Origin: Octopus sinensis
Taxonomy: Eukaryota
Assembly (NCBI RefSeq): GCF_006345805.1
Contig: NC_043001.1
Location: 54,436,001-54,500,000 of the forward strand
Direction: 5' to 3'
DNA length: 64,000 nt
Part shown: positions 12,963-25,912 of the stretch, one piece after another
Layout of the letters: each line of letters opens with the position of its first letter
Numbering within the stretch: the first letter of the stretch is position 1
Position numbers and translations under genes: made by a program
Notes under the pieces: model-generated
Database searches by the model: none
Seen by the model: the letters and a program-made list of their open reading frames with translations, nothing else
What the model was told of the DNA's origin: nothing

Positions 12963-14619
12963 GAATGAGAAAATAAACAGGGAGAGGAAAATAGAAAAAG
13001 GTTTAGTGGCTAGCGATCTATACATACATACATACGTACGTACGTATGTATGTATGTACGATGGGCTTCTCTCAGTTTCCGTCTATCAAATCCACTGACA
13101 AGTCTTTGGTCGGCCTGAGGCTATAGTAGAAGATACTTGCTCAAGGTGCCACGCAGTGACCTATATATATAGTCATTAGTATTTACATACATATATACAT
13201 AGATGGAGAGAGACGGCTGAGTGGTAAGAAGCTTGCTCCTAGCTACATAGTTTCGGTTCAGTCTCACTGTGTGGCACTTTGGCAAGTGTCTTCGACTATC
13301 GCCTCGGGCCGACCAAAGCCTAGTGAGTGGATTTGGTAGATGCAAACTAAAACAAGTCCGTCGTGTGTGTATGTATGTGTGGGTTATTTGTGTCTGTCCC
13401 CCACCATCGCTTGGCCACCGATGTTGGCGTGTTTACGTTGCCGTAACGTAGCAGTTCGGCAAAAGGAACCGATAGAATAAGTACTACGCTTACAAAGAAT
13501 AAGTCCTGGGGTCGATTTGTTCGACTAAAGGTGGTGCTCCAGCATGGCTGCAGTCAAATGACTGAAACAAGTAAAGGAATAAAAGAACACGTATAAATTT
13601 AAATATACATATGTATATAGGTGTATGTATATACGTGTGTGTATGTGCATGTTCGCATGTATGTATGCATGTATGTATGTATGTATGCATCTGTTCTTCA
13701 TTCGCGAATTTGTTCACAGATAAGTGTCCACTTCAAGACCAACGAAATATCTTTAGACTTGTCCATTTTTTTTGTTAATTACGATAGCCATATTTGGATC
13801 ATTGTTTTAGAAATGTTTCGGCGAAATAATTTTAGTGAAAGAGTAAAGCAGTTTCTAATATAAATAGATAAATAAATAAACACATAAAACAAAATTCATA
13901 GCGGCATATTTGTTGCGTTGTTGATATTGTTTAGGCCCAGGTCAGACCTGATCGTGTAGAGCTATGATCAAAGACATTCCTACCGTGAACATTACATTTT
14001 TTTTATTCATTGTCTAGGCATTGTCTCAGGCATTGTCTACTTAAATTTGTATCATCCATTGTGTTCTTTCGTCGTTTTTTCTTCTTTTTTTAATTTTATG
14101 GTTAAAACAGTGTTAGGTTGAAGTAGACGTGACTGTCTTTTCTAGCAATTCGAGTGACTCTGGCAAATGCTTCCTTGTTGCCTCGTGTTTATAAAGTTAT
14201 TTTTGCATCAGTCATTTCGCTTTTTCTATTTTGTTTTTTCTTTGCTGTGTTATGAATAGGGGGTGAAAGAACCGGAGGATATAAAGAAAGGGTTGATAAA
14301 ATGCTAACAACTATAAACACACTTTGTTAAACAAAGAGGCAGACGCATACACACGCGCGCACGCACGTACACACAAACACACACACACATTCCCATCTGC
14401 AGCCTGACACCACATCTTCACACAAAAACACATTATTACAGTGAGGGTTCTGTCAAAGTTTTCTTTTCTTATTTCATTAAAAAAAATGGTTGGGGTGAAA
14501 TAGCTGAGAAATAACTAACAATGTAAGTTTGGAAATAATTATAAACGCATTTTTAGACAAGGAGGTAGGCACACAACAAACGCATGCACACATACATGTA
14601 CATATACAATCACTCTCCT

Positions 14620-14865
14620 ATACATACATACATACATACATACATACATACATACATACATACATACATACATACATACATGCATGCATGCATACATACA
14701 TACATACATACATACATACATACATACATACATACATACATGCATGCATGCATGCATGCATACATGCATACATACATACATACATACATACATACATAAA
14801 ATACATACATACATACATACATACATACATACATACATGCATGCATGCATACATACATACATACA

Positions 14866-14896
<31 letters not shown>

Positions 14897-15060
14897 CATA
14901 CATGCATGCATGCATGCATACATGCATACATACATACATACATACATACATACATAAAATACATACATACATACATACATACATACATACAAACATACAT
15001 ACATACATACATATATATATATATATACATACACATACATACATACACACATACATACGT
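14620..15060. repeat. (CATA)n/(CATG)n compound microsatellite with a ~160-bp higher-order repeat
   Basis: The tgcatgcatg..tacatgcata..cataaaatacat pattern recurs near 14740-14805 and 14900-14962. Confidence 0.9.
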
Positions 15061-15253
15061 ACACACACATATATACATACATATACAGATATATATGTGT
15101 GTGTGCAAAATAAATTAATTTGCATTCCATACTTCTTCAGTGAGGGCGCTAAAATCAATGCATATTTATGCAGCAAATGGTCCCGAAAATACCGCAAGGT
15201 GTCCTGTCAAAGGTCACCTCTTCCGTATATGAATACGTAAATTATTTATACAC

Positions 15254-15297
<44 letters not shown>

Positions 15298-15624
15298 TCT
15301 TTGCGTTTATGTTTGTTCCCAGTCCCCGTAGCGTAGCGGTTCAGCAACAAGAGACCGATGAAATAAATACCAGAATTAAATAAAAGTACTGGGGTCGATT
15401 TCTTCGACGGAACCTTCCAAGGTGGTATATCCCAGCATGGTCGCAGTCACAATGAATGAAACAAGTAAAATTTAGTAGATAAATGTTAGATAGTATAGAA
15501 ACAGTTATGTAGGGTTTTATAAAATATCGTTAGAAATTCATAGAGCCACAATGCGATATACATTCATAAAGAGGCTCTTTCTTACAGACATAGACACAGA
15601 GAGACAGACTTTCATAATCACAGC

Positions 15625-15732
15625 CAGTGTAAGTGACGAGGAAGAGGCTATGACCTCGACCACTGCGTGCTATCGCAGACAAATGAGATAGATAGGGTTG
15701 ATGGTCAAAATGAAGAGACTCAAGTTGACGTT
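15625..15732 (-). mobile_element. Short 3'-end copy of the LINE at 16470-17810
   Basis: About 100 bp near-identical to 16495-16597 (ggctatgacctcgaccactgcgtgctatcgcagaca..gagatagatagggttgatggtcaaaatgaaga). Confidence 0.75.
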
Positions 15733-15932
15733 TGCATACATACACACATATCTTTTTTATCTTTTACTTGTTTCAGTCATTAGATTGCGGCCATGTTGAG
15801 GCATCACTATGAAGAATTTTAGTTCAATGAATCGACTCCTGGACTTTTTTTTTAAGCTTGGTACTTTTCCATCGACCTCTTCTGCAAAATTGCTAATGAA
15901 CGGGGACATAAGCACGCCAACACCACGAAACC

Positions 15933-16026
<94 letters not shown>

Positions 16027-16469
16027 TATATATAGGAGATAAATAAAAATATATGCATACATACAAACATATATGTACGTACCTACATCTACATGTATAT
16101 ATACATGCATATATAAATAATTATACGGAAGTACAGGACATCACAATAAGACGTAGAAACAGAAAAAGCCAAAAAACAAAAAACAAGAAAACGGAAAACG
16201 AAAACCAAATACAGGACAGGTTACACAAGGACAAAACCCCCATGCATATATACATATGTCTTTAGGAATATATGTATATATATACACATATATGTGTGTG
16301 TGTGCGTGTGTGTGTACGTGCGTGTGTGTGTGTGTAAATACACATGTCACTTTGTCTGACTGTCTATATAAAGTTATATAAAGTCAAACAGACAGACTCT
16401 ATATGAGACTTTATGTCTTTATGAGGACATAGGCATAAACACATTCACACTGAGTCCTGCTTTAGTTTT

Positions 16470-17810
16470 AGCTTTTAATGAAAGAAAGAGAGGGGTAAGT
16501 GGCAAGGAAGGGGCTATGACCTCGACCACTGCGTGCTATCGCAGACAGGTGAGATAGATAGGGTTGATGGTCAAAATGAAGACTTAAGTTGTCGTTTGGG
16601 TGGTGAAGAATGAACAGAAGGATTCCAGAGGTCGGACGTTCTGGTAATGAAGGATTTAGCATAGAGTTTAGGGTTGGATAGTGAAAGTGAGACAAGTGTC
16701 ATGGGCGCATCTAAGTGAAGGGGATATACAATTACCGTCTCAATTTCCCTTCTATATGATCCCGAATACAATGCGGCCCCACTTTATGTAGCTAAAAACT
16801 AGTGATATAGTTTATACTCTTTTGGTCTTTTCTTTTTAGACTCAGATGTATTTCTGAGTCCCTGCGTGTTTTATATTAAGTTGTTGTTTTTTTTGTTGTT
16901 GTTTTTTTTTTGTATTATATGGTTGGATAAAATGGTAGGTTTATCAATATGAAGCTGCAAAATAATAAACAGTATTGAAGAATCAGCAGTGCGTCAGTAG
17001 GAGAGAGTTTATAATGCTTTAGTAATTGAGGTTCTGTCAATCACCCGAATGGTTCCGTTTGATGCTATCTAACGTGTGTTTGTAGCAGTAGTAGAAAATT
17101 CGTCCTAGATGTCGAAACAGAAATGTCAGAAGTAGAGAGTGGTACCATCTGTATAGGTGTGAGCGTTGATAGTAGTAACAAGTAAGTTATTAATGTACGA
17201 AAGAAAAGTCATGGAGGTTATTAAAAACAATGTATACAAGTGCACGCTACCAAGATGCGATATGACAGAAAACTTTCGAACCAAGAGACGAACCCATAGA
17301 CATAATCACTAGATCTTCGAGTCACGTAATCAAATGCTTTGCCGGTAGCATGTACAATGGCACTACCTTTGTCTAATTTCTCAAATGTGAAGTGACTACT
17401 GATGAGTGGGACATAAGAAAGGAAACTTCCTATAGATCTTGTTCAGTGAAAGATTCTACTGGTGATCACTAGGGATGGAGAATGCCTCAAGCTGTACGAG
17501 AAAGTGACTGTAAACGACTCTTTTGTACCACCCTCGAGATGTCTGCAGTAAGAGCAATAGGTTGATAGCTATTAGAATGAAAAAAGATACCCTTCTTGGG
17601 AATGGGACATCACTGTGACATAGGATCTTACTGGGCTGATGACTGGAGGTGTCTTCGCATTAGACGTATAGGTGTATGTAATAAGGAGCTTGCGTGTCGA
17701 AGAAGAGAGGTTTTGTTGTATGTGTGCATTGTGGAGATGAAAAAAGTGGAAGTAGCATTTATGAAAGCTGTCTCTGTATGAAGGTTATTAAATGAAATGC
17801 CGTAGCTTAG
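16470..17810 (-). mobile_element. Degenerate CR1/L2-group LINE: reverse transcriptase, C-terminus and 3' UTR
   Basis: Minus-strand motifs in order: PIPKKG, NSYQPIALTADISRV, KAFDYV, FLSYINNLL, YTDGTTLY (decayed YADD), and C-terminal KSFITRTSDLWN. Confidence 0.8.
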
Positions 17811-18149
17811 AAGTGATCATGGTTGGGGGTTGTACGATTCCACAAAGTTTTTTGAGAAAGGGCCCAAACATATATTTTGGTTGTAGAATGGTGACCGATG
17901 AGAGAACAGCGGTCGGATCCGCATACTTGCAAATATGAATTTCATTAAAAGCATCCAAGTAGCAGGTCTTGTTGTTAATGTCGCTACTGTTGGATTTGTC
18001 GTTGTAGTAGAGCCCAAATCAATCTTGATTGTGCAGATCTATTATCAAATATATTTCAGCCTTAAATATATATATATAAGACTGCATTATCCACTGTGGC
18101 CTTCTTCGAAAGACCTTGCATTCATTCATTAATTCATTCTTTTTTCTTC

Positions 18150-19200
18150 TTTTATTTTATCCCTGTTCAGGATAGGATCTTGTCATTTCTATAAGAAACT
18201 AAATAACAGGTTTCACAATGTTATCACATCCCAATGCAGTAGAAAGTAACATTAATGGATTACTTCAAGATCCTGTTCGTCGACAAAATTTTTGAAATAT
18301 CAATGGCACTTCTCATGCTTGAAAAATTAGCAATTTTAAGGATAATTTTCATAAAATTTTCGTTCTGTGAAGTATATGAATACCAGGCGCTCGCAATGAA
18401 TAATGTAATGAACAGTAAGAAAATCAGGAAAGCTAGGACCAGGGCCAGTTTTTATAAGAACAATTAATCATGCATTAACTCCACCCTTTCATGCACTCCG
18501 TATGTTACAACACTGTCGAGTTTATTCAGTGGAACGTCAAGCCTGTCGAGGCAATTTTAATGCTAATACCACGAATTGTTTCTTTTAATGCTAAATCTTT
18601 TCTCAGTTACATCAGAGGAAACATAACGGAACAACTACTGCCAGTTGTATGCTGTCTTCAATATCTGGTAGGTTCATCAAATGCTTAACTGAATGCAAAG
18701 GAAATTAGTTAAAATATTTTGCATTTTGTCTGCAACATCAGTGTTAATGTAGGGGATATGCCTTTCTATGGAGTGGCATGTAACTGATGTTTGTACTATC
18801 GCTCGCTGAAATTTTGCGTTTTTTTTTTATCAAACACTACTCACTATGACAATATGGCGTTGAGTACAAGCAGCATTAGGTGACATAACAACATGAGTTT
18901 CAGACGTATCTATCGGTTGCCTTACTGAACGTTGTCAACAGTACCTGCTGAACACAGTTGACTCGTTTTGGTATTTTTTTAAAATCAAGTGTAAATGGAT
19001 AGCAGACGAAAATATTTTGTGATTTACTACTGTTAGTACAAGTTACTCGACTATGTAATGACCCATAACAGATAAAGCACAAATGTTTACTTCCTGTTAA
19101 TAGTGAACGCAAAATCTTCCTTCCAATCTTGCTTAAATAGTCAGTTTTCATTTTCGTATTTTTATTTCTTAAAATTTGATGACATCATTTTCCTTCCCAA
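18150..19200 (-). mobile_element. Possible very old hAT (Buster/Charlie-type) transposase remnant
   Basis: Scattered minus-strand motifs only: LCFICY, SPNAACTQRHI (cf. P...THC.IH) and Y.CE, in the expected order. Confidence 0.3.
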
Positions 19201-19524
19201 ATTTTTGCAGATGCATATTAACAAAACTTATATCCTAATTGTATCAACTAGGTCCGCTATCACAACTAGGTCTACCATCATATGCGTCAGTTATAACAAA
19301 TCAAAGCATTTTCGTAATAGACTACTATATAACTTGATCTTTCTTAAAACGTCAAGTGATTTCGCAGTGTATTTATATCAAACCTTATAATGTTTAAAAG
19401 TTATTTCAATTATCATTTCATTTCTATCTTTTAAACAAAAAAAAAATGGAAAGGAAGTGACTTCATGTATACCATTTATAGAGGGATCTTTGGCTGTTAT
19501 GAGTGATAATATACGTTACTGTTG

Positions 19525-19720
19525 TCGTTGTTCTATTCAAGTTCTTGATCGAGCAGACATGTAATGAAAGATATTCTGTAATTTTTGTATGTTCAAGAAA
19601 GCAAACACACGTTAGCCAACGCGTCTATTTATAAGACAATAGGGTGTGATTTGAGGGAGATTTGGTTGCTATTTCTAGCTGGTTGTGTGACCACATAGAA
19701 GCTCTTTCGTATGCTCCTAC
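19525..19720 (+). repeat. Ancient dispersed repeat family E (gatttgagggagatttgg.tgctatttctagc)
   Basis: Diverged copies at about 12170-12430, 13925-14185, 34860-35050, 43760-44170, 53300-53470 (+) and 26460-26520, 32870-33090, 42420-42600, 45520-45600 (-). Confidence 0.65.
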
Positions 19721-19789
19721 TGACTCTTTGGTTGTACGCGGGGACCTTTGTGGTTTCTGCCACTGTTTACAATTACCTTTAATTTTTTT

Positions 19790-20670
19790 CTTTTAATGTA
19801 TCATAAAGATGTAATTTTTGACGCTGAATCCGAATTTGTTATTCATTTATTCCAGAAAAAATTTGCAAAAATGTTACAAGTTTTCAAAGTTTAATAATTT
19901 TCAGAATTTTCAGCCAATCAGAAAATAGCGCGTTCGCTGCCTCTTCCATCATCAGGGCGGGACGAGGGGCATTGATTTGTCAAAACATTAAACTAGCTAC
20001 GCGAGCAAATTAAATATTTAAAAGCTACGAACAAACAAACCAACAGGAGTTGCTAGAAATAACAGTCAAAAGATTAAAATATACATATAAATTTGCTCGC
20101 GAATATTAAAATATTCGCGAGAATATTAAATATTTAAAAGCTACGAACAAGCCAACAGGAGTTGCTAGAAATAACAGTCAAAACATTGTTTAAAACAGAC
20201 ATTTATTAGTTTTAAAAAATTGAAGAACGAAAGTTTGCAGTACACACTAGGATTTTATAAAATAAATTATCTTTCTCGCATCTTCTCCACATAAATTCAC
20301 AAATATAAGAGTCAACCATGCCCAGGTACTTTCAATTTGTTGAATGTGAGTTCTATCTGTGAAGAAAACAAACAATTATAGAACAAGTGGCGGCTACACT
20401 CCTTGTGCGCATGCGCAGCATCTTTGGTTACTATGGAAACAGAGTTCTTCCCAATCAGTTATGGAACACGTGGTGCTTCTCTGCTTTAATTACTATAGAA
20501 ACAAACTTCTTCGCCACAGGGAAGTCTAAAATACTCGCCTCTGATTGGCTAAAATTTTGCAAATTTTAATGGCTTATAACATCTTAATTATGAGTTTATA
20601 GGGAAAATGAATTTCATTTTCACAATTAGTATACAAAACTTAATACATATACCAAATTTGAAAACATTTG
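19790..20670. mobile_element. Probable non-autonomous DNA transposon with subterminal inverted repeats and an internal direct duplication
   Basis: aattttcagccaatcag (about 19905) is inverted relative to ctgattggctaaaatt (about 20542). An ~60-bp direct repeat lies at 20010-20070 and 20125-20182. Confidence 0.45.
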
Positions 20671-20881
20671 GAACAAATTGTAAAAGTGACGAAAGCCACA
20701 AAGATCCGTAGGCGGTTGAAGCGAAAGCGGAAGAAGTGGAATTATTTTAGTGGAAAGTGAAACTGTTACACTCGGTGTATAATAATCAGTGTCAAACATA
20801 AATTTTACACTTTCAATTTTTGAATTAGATTTAGCACAACAAAATCTGTCAGAAATTTTTCGTTTAATATTAAACCTAAAG

Positions 20882-21290
20882 CAAGGCAACAAGCTGGCAC
20901 ACAGGGCAAAATGCCTTAGCTGCATCTCGTCTGCCTTTACGGTCTGAGATCAAATTCCACCGAGGTCGACTTTGTCTTTCATTCTTTCGGGGTCGATAAG
21001 TACCAGCTGCGTACTGGGGTCGATCTAATCGACTGGCCCCCTCCCCGAAAAATTTCAGGCCCTGTGCCTAGGGTAGAAAAGAAAAGAATATTAGACCTAT
21101 AGCAAGGCAACGAGCTGGCAGAATCGTTAGCATGCCGGGCAGAATGCCTTGCGGCATCTCGTCTGTCTTTACGATCTGAGTTTAAATTCCGCGGGGTCTA
21201 TAAAGTAAGTACCAGTTGAGCACTGGGGTCGATGTAATCGGCTAGCCTCCTCTTCCAAATTCGCTTGCCTTGTGCTAAAACTTGAAAGCT
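20882..21290 (+). mobile_element. Tandem pair of SINE family A copies sharing a 5' flank
   Basis: Both are preceded by aatatta(a/g)accta(a/t)agcaaggcaac. Confidence 0.8.
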
Positions 21291-21414
21291 ATTTCAAACC
21301 TAAAGAAATGGAGTTTAAATGTTAAATGTAAGATACATCTTAATCCCCAGTAACAATTCCAACACACAACAAATGTATTCAATTAAAGAATAACAGAAAT
21401 GCCTAACACCCACT

Positions 21415-21462
<48 letters not shown>

Positions 21463-22224
21463 ACACACACACACACATTCACACACACACACACCTTGTT
21501 TTAACTCATGTGTTGCCCAGACTAATTAAGCTATTTAGAACTACTCCCAACCCCAGGAGCGCAGAAATCATTAACTTCCTACCTGTGGCCTCCATTCTCT
21601 GAAATTCTTTTGTAGCCCAGGTTGTCTTGAAATTTGCGTAATCACTTTCACTCCCACAATTCCTTCTCTCTGTACCGTGGAACAAAACCTCACAGAGATT
21701 TAGCATTAAAATAAGGATTTAAACCCTTAACTATTTTCTTTACCATACTCCACTTTATGCATAAGCTTTATAGGCATAGGGTGGCTGTGTTTTAAGAAAC
21801 TTGTTCCTCAGCTATGCAGACTTGTGTTCAATCCCATTGAGCGGCACCTAGGGAAACCGATAGAATAAGCTTACAAAAATAAGTACTGGGGTCGATTCAT
21901 CCGACTAAAAGTCTTCAAGACGGTGCACCAGCATGGCCACAGTCCAAAGACTGAAACAAGTAAAGAATACAGCTTTGTATTTACCATGAACATTATATTT
22001 ACGTTATCATTCAGTAATGACCCCAATTCATACCAGATAAGTAATCCTTTCTATTATAGGAACAAGACCTGGAATTTTGAATCGATTCCAATACGTATTT
22101 TCGTAAGCCTGATACTTATTCTATCGTTCTCTTTTGCCGAACCGCTGGTTACGCGGATGTAAACAAACCAACATCGGTTGTCAAGCAGTGGCGATGGACA
22201 AACACACACACACACGTAAAAAAA

Positions 22225-22435
22225 ACTCCCGTGCCGGTGTCACGTGCAAGCACCTGTGTCTGTGCCATGTAAAAGCACCTAGCACACTCTGTAAAGTGGT
22301 TGACGTTAGGAAAGGCATCCAGCCGTGGAAATCAAACCAAGTCAGACTGGATCCTGGTGCAGCTCTCCTGCTTGCCAACTCTGGTCAAACCATCCGACCC
22401 GTGCCAGCATGGAAAACAGACGTTCAGTGATGAAG
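22225..22435 (+). mobile_element. 3' portion of another SINE/RTE-type tail
   Basis: gtaaaagcacc..gtggttgacgttaggaaaggcatccagccgt..gccagcatggaaaacagacgtt..gatga, recognised as an RTE-associated tail pattern. Confidence 0.55.
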
Positions 22436-22524
<89 letters not shown>

Positions 22525-22542
22525 TATATATTATATATATAT

Positions 22543-22574
<32 letters not shown>

Positions 22575-22588
22575 ATATATATATATAT

Positions 22589-23005
22589 GTAGGCGCAGGA
22601 GTGGCTGTGCGGTAAGTAGCTTGCTAACCAACCACATGGTTCCGGGTTCAGTCCCACTGCGTGGCATCTTGGGCAAGTGTCTTCAGCTATAGCCCCGGGC
22701 CGACCAATGCCTTGTGAGTGGATTTGGTAGACGGAAACTGAAAGAAGCCTGTCGTATATATGTATATATATATGTATGTGTGTGTGTTTGTGTGTCTGTG
22801 TTTGTTCCCCTAGCATTGCTTGACAACCGATGCTGGTGTGTTTACGTCCCCGTCACTTAGCGGTTCGGCAAAAAGAGACCGATAGAATAAGTACTGGGCT
22901 TACAAAAAGAATAAGTCCCGGGGTCGAGTTACTCGACTAAAGGCGGTGCTCCAGCATGGCCGCAGTCAAATGACTGAAACAAGTAAAAGAGTAAAGAGTA
23001 AAGAG
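22589..23005 (+). mobile_element. SINE family B, full length, young
   Basis: ggcgcaggagtggctgtgcggtaag..ggttcagtccc..(TA)(TG)..ccagcatggccgcagtcaaatgactgaaac, followed by gtaaaga repeats. Confidence 0.9.
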
Positions 23006-23027
23006 TATATATATATATATATATATA

Positions 23028-23385
23028 CAGGGTGTCTCATAATGATGAAGCTCACTTTAAACGCTAGTATGTATGACTGGAACAAGCACATATATTAAAT
23101 AAAGTATATAATAAATAATCAAGGTACAAGAATTCATAAGAATATTCAAACAACATTCAAGGTTTGAATATCAAATCCTTTAGATGGCTACCACTTACAA
23201 GAGAAAATTCTCGGGAATTCCTTCCCGTGGCCACTAATAGTAGAGTGCGGCACATCAGATGAGATAACTGCTATCTTCCTCTAGATTCTTTGAGTTCTAA
23301 ATATGTGTGGAATTTCTCAGCATACACTCTCTTCTACAGGGAATTCTACAAGAAATAGTGTGGTGGGGATTAGCGAAGGTTAGAG
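23028..23385 (-). mobile_element. Tc1/mariner remnant (transposase C-terminus plus TIR), interrupted by a hAT MITE
   Basis: TA|CAGGGTGTC terminus. Minus strand gives P.HYFL*..L.KRVYAEK..T..ELK..IAVISSD, like PLDFFLWG.LK..VY..KP.T..ELK. Confidence 0.55.
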
Positions 23386-23729
23386 CAGGTTCTCAACAAT
23401 CATTTATCTATAAATACTATTTTATTCTGGTGGATCCCCAAAGCCATTCGATGTTTAAAAGCTAGTTTTATAGAAACTTCTATCACAATTGCTATTGTCT
23501 TTTTTACTCATTTGCTTGTGTAGATTGAACTATGTAAACTATTAGAGAAAGAAACCTAGCTGTTTCTTGCAGTACATACAAATACATACATCTAAAGCAA
23601 AGTTTTTTTTTCTTTCAAGGGCCCTTAAAATACTATTGTAGATCTCCAGTGTACTATTTTGTCGCGTAGATCCCCAAAAGTCTTATATGGACTCTCAGGG
23701 TTTATGTGGACCCCGGTTGAGAACCATTG
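23386..23729. mobile_element. hAT (Charlie-like) MITE
   Basis: TIRs cag(tg)gttctcaac / gttgagaaccattg. Perfect 8-bp TSD ggttagag at 23378-23385 and 23730-23737. Confidence 0.85.
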
Positions 23730-24188
23730 GGTTAGAGCCTGATTCTTCGAATCGGGGAATAAGGTAATCAGGAAATAGTTCTCCGAGAATTGTCATTAGC
23801 TTTTGTGTTGTATGACACTACACTTAAAGACAGACGATTACACATGATCTTATAAATTATAAATAAAATGTCTCCCATCATTACGATGCACCGTGTATGC
23901 ACATGTACGTGTGTGCTTGCGTGTGTGCGCAGACACTGATGTTTGTGCATGTATGTGTATATATATATATATAAGCAATAATAAATCTCTGAGCGAGGTA
24001 TAAACAGTAGCTGCACGACATCGTGAAGTATATTTGCCACTTAAATGTGTCTAACCCTTAAGAGTTGTTGCTAATGTAGCTTGTAGCCCCAGGAAGACAT
24101 CTCCTTCAGCTGGCTATTGACATACTCTCTCTACCCTATCAGTATTTGCCAAGGGAAGTCATCCTTCCCATCTCCAGCCTACGTGATA

Positions 24189-24233
24189 CACACGGACCCG
24201 GGTTTCTGAGTATTGACCCGTCATCAACGTGTG
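24189..24233 (-). ncRNA. Minimal type-I hammerhead ribozyme motif with GUC cleavage triplet
   Basis: Minus strand: cacacg UUGAUGA c GGGU caau ACUC a GAAA CCCGGG UC cgugug. 6-bp stem I, 4-bp stem II, palindromic stem III; C3 is U. Confidence 0.8.
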
Positions 24234-24397
24234 ACAACCACTGGTCTGCTATGTGAAATGGTTCCCAATTCAAATATATATATCCTTTTTCCAGTGACGA
24301 AAAATCACTGATCTCGAAATATATATGCATGTATATATATATGGATTATATAATATACATTCATACATACATGCATATGTTTGTGTACATGTATATA

Positions 24398-24462
<65 letters not shown>

Positions 24463-24526
24463 TCACACACACACACACATACACGCACGTACCCACATGT
24501 AGACTGATCGATAGATAGACAGATAG

Positions 24527-24578
<52 letters not shown>

Positions 24579-24836
24579 CAAAAGAAATTAGCCATATACT
24601 ATTCATGCTAGCCACACGTAGTTGCACTTAGAGATAACAACCCCATCTTTATATGCTGGCAGTGGGTGACGTAAGAAAGCTGATAGTGTCATCATTAATC
24701 TATTTACATACATACAGAGCTGTTTGTATTTGTATTGTATACACACACATACACACACGCACGCATACATATACATACATACATATACATATATATACAT
24801 TTATATATATACACATAGATATACATACATTCTTAT

Positions 24837-24914
<78 letters not shown>

Positions 24915-25336
24915 AACGTTCATACTGATGCCTTACCATTTAAGTGCTTGATTCACTCGAATCCTGACCTATTATAATACATGTAAATACGTATATACAT
25001 ACATGTGTGTGAGTGTGTCTTCGCGCGCGCACGTAAAGGCCGAATATTCATGTTTTGAGGTTTTGGAAGTCGTCCTATTTCTTGCCAACATAGGCAAGTG
25101 TATTTCACTAAAGCTTTGGATTGAATCAAGCTCTGTGAGAGAAGAAATTGGATGAAAGTTAAACGAAAAACCGTTTGATAATTCATCGTGGGAATTGTAC
25201 TTGCAGGATAAAGGACCAGTTGTAAGACCCACTGTCATTTATATATTATATATTATATATATATATATATAATATATATATATACTATATATATATATAT
25301 ATAATTAAAATAAGCAACAAGGTTATCCAGTGGTAA

Positions 25337-25421
25337 GCAGTACGATCGTTTCATGTGACTCCATTTAATTGAACAATGCAAACATTACATCAATTTAAAA
25401 TGTAGAGCAATCTTCAACTGC
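25337..25421 (-). ncRNA. Candidate hammerhead with long stem II insertion, in a TA-embedded element (25305-25495)
   Basis: Minus strand: gcag UUGAAGA uugcucu..~45 nt..ggagucacau GAAA CGAUCG UA cugc. Palindromic ACGAUCGU stem III and 4-bp stem I. Confidence 0.55.
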
Positions 25422-25491
25422 ATAAAAATATAGAATTTAGTTGGTGCCTTCAACTTAAGTACCATATTCATCTGAATCTAAATTTGATTGA

Positions 25492-25529
<38 letters not shown>

Positions 25530-25912
25530 TCTCATACACACACACACACACTTATACATACTAATACGTACTAATACATACTAATACATACACCAACCCC
25601 ATACATACGCCTGTCCAGACCTATCCTACACACTAATACTCTCTCATACACACACACACACACACACACACACCCTTATACATACTAATACATACACCAA
25701 CCCTACACATACACACGTCCAGACCCCTCCTACGCACTAATAGGTGGTCATTCAACCCTATTATCAACCCTATTATCTCCCCTTATTTCGCTCTCGCGTC
25801 TCATGTTTGATCTTTGACTTCTGGCCGAAATCAGATCGCCATGTTGATTCGTTAGTTACTGCACGCATTTTTTTTCTCTCCTTCTTTCTGTGTTTTTTTT
25901 TCTCTCTGTGTA

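Larger units (their letters stand above)
10890..14390. repeat. Near-identical ~1755-bp direct tandem duplication with (CA)n at all three junctions
   Basis: Identical ORFs offset by 1755 (11514/13269, 11735/13490, 11866/13621). Confidence 0.95.
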
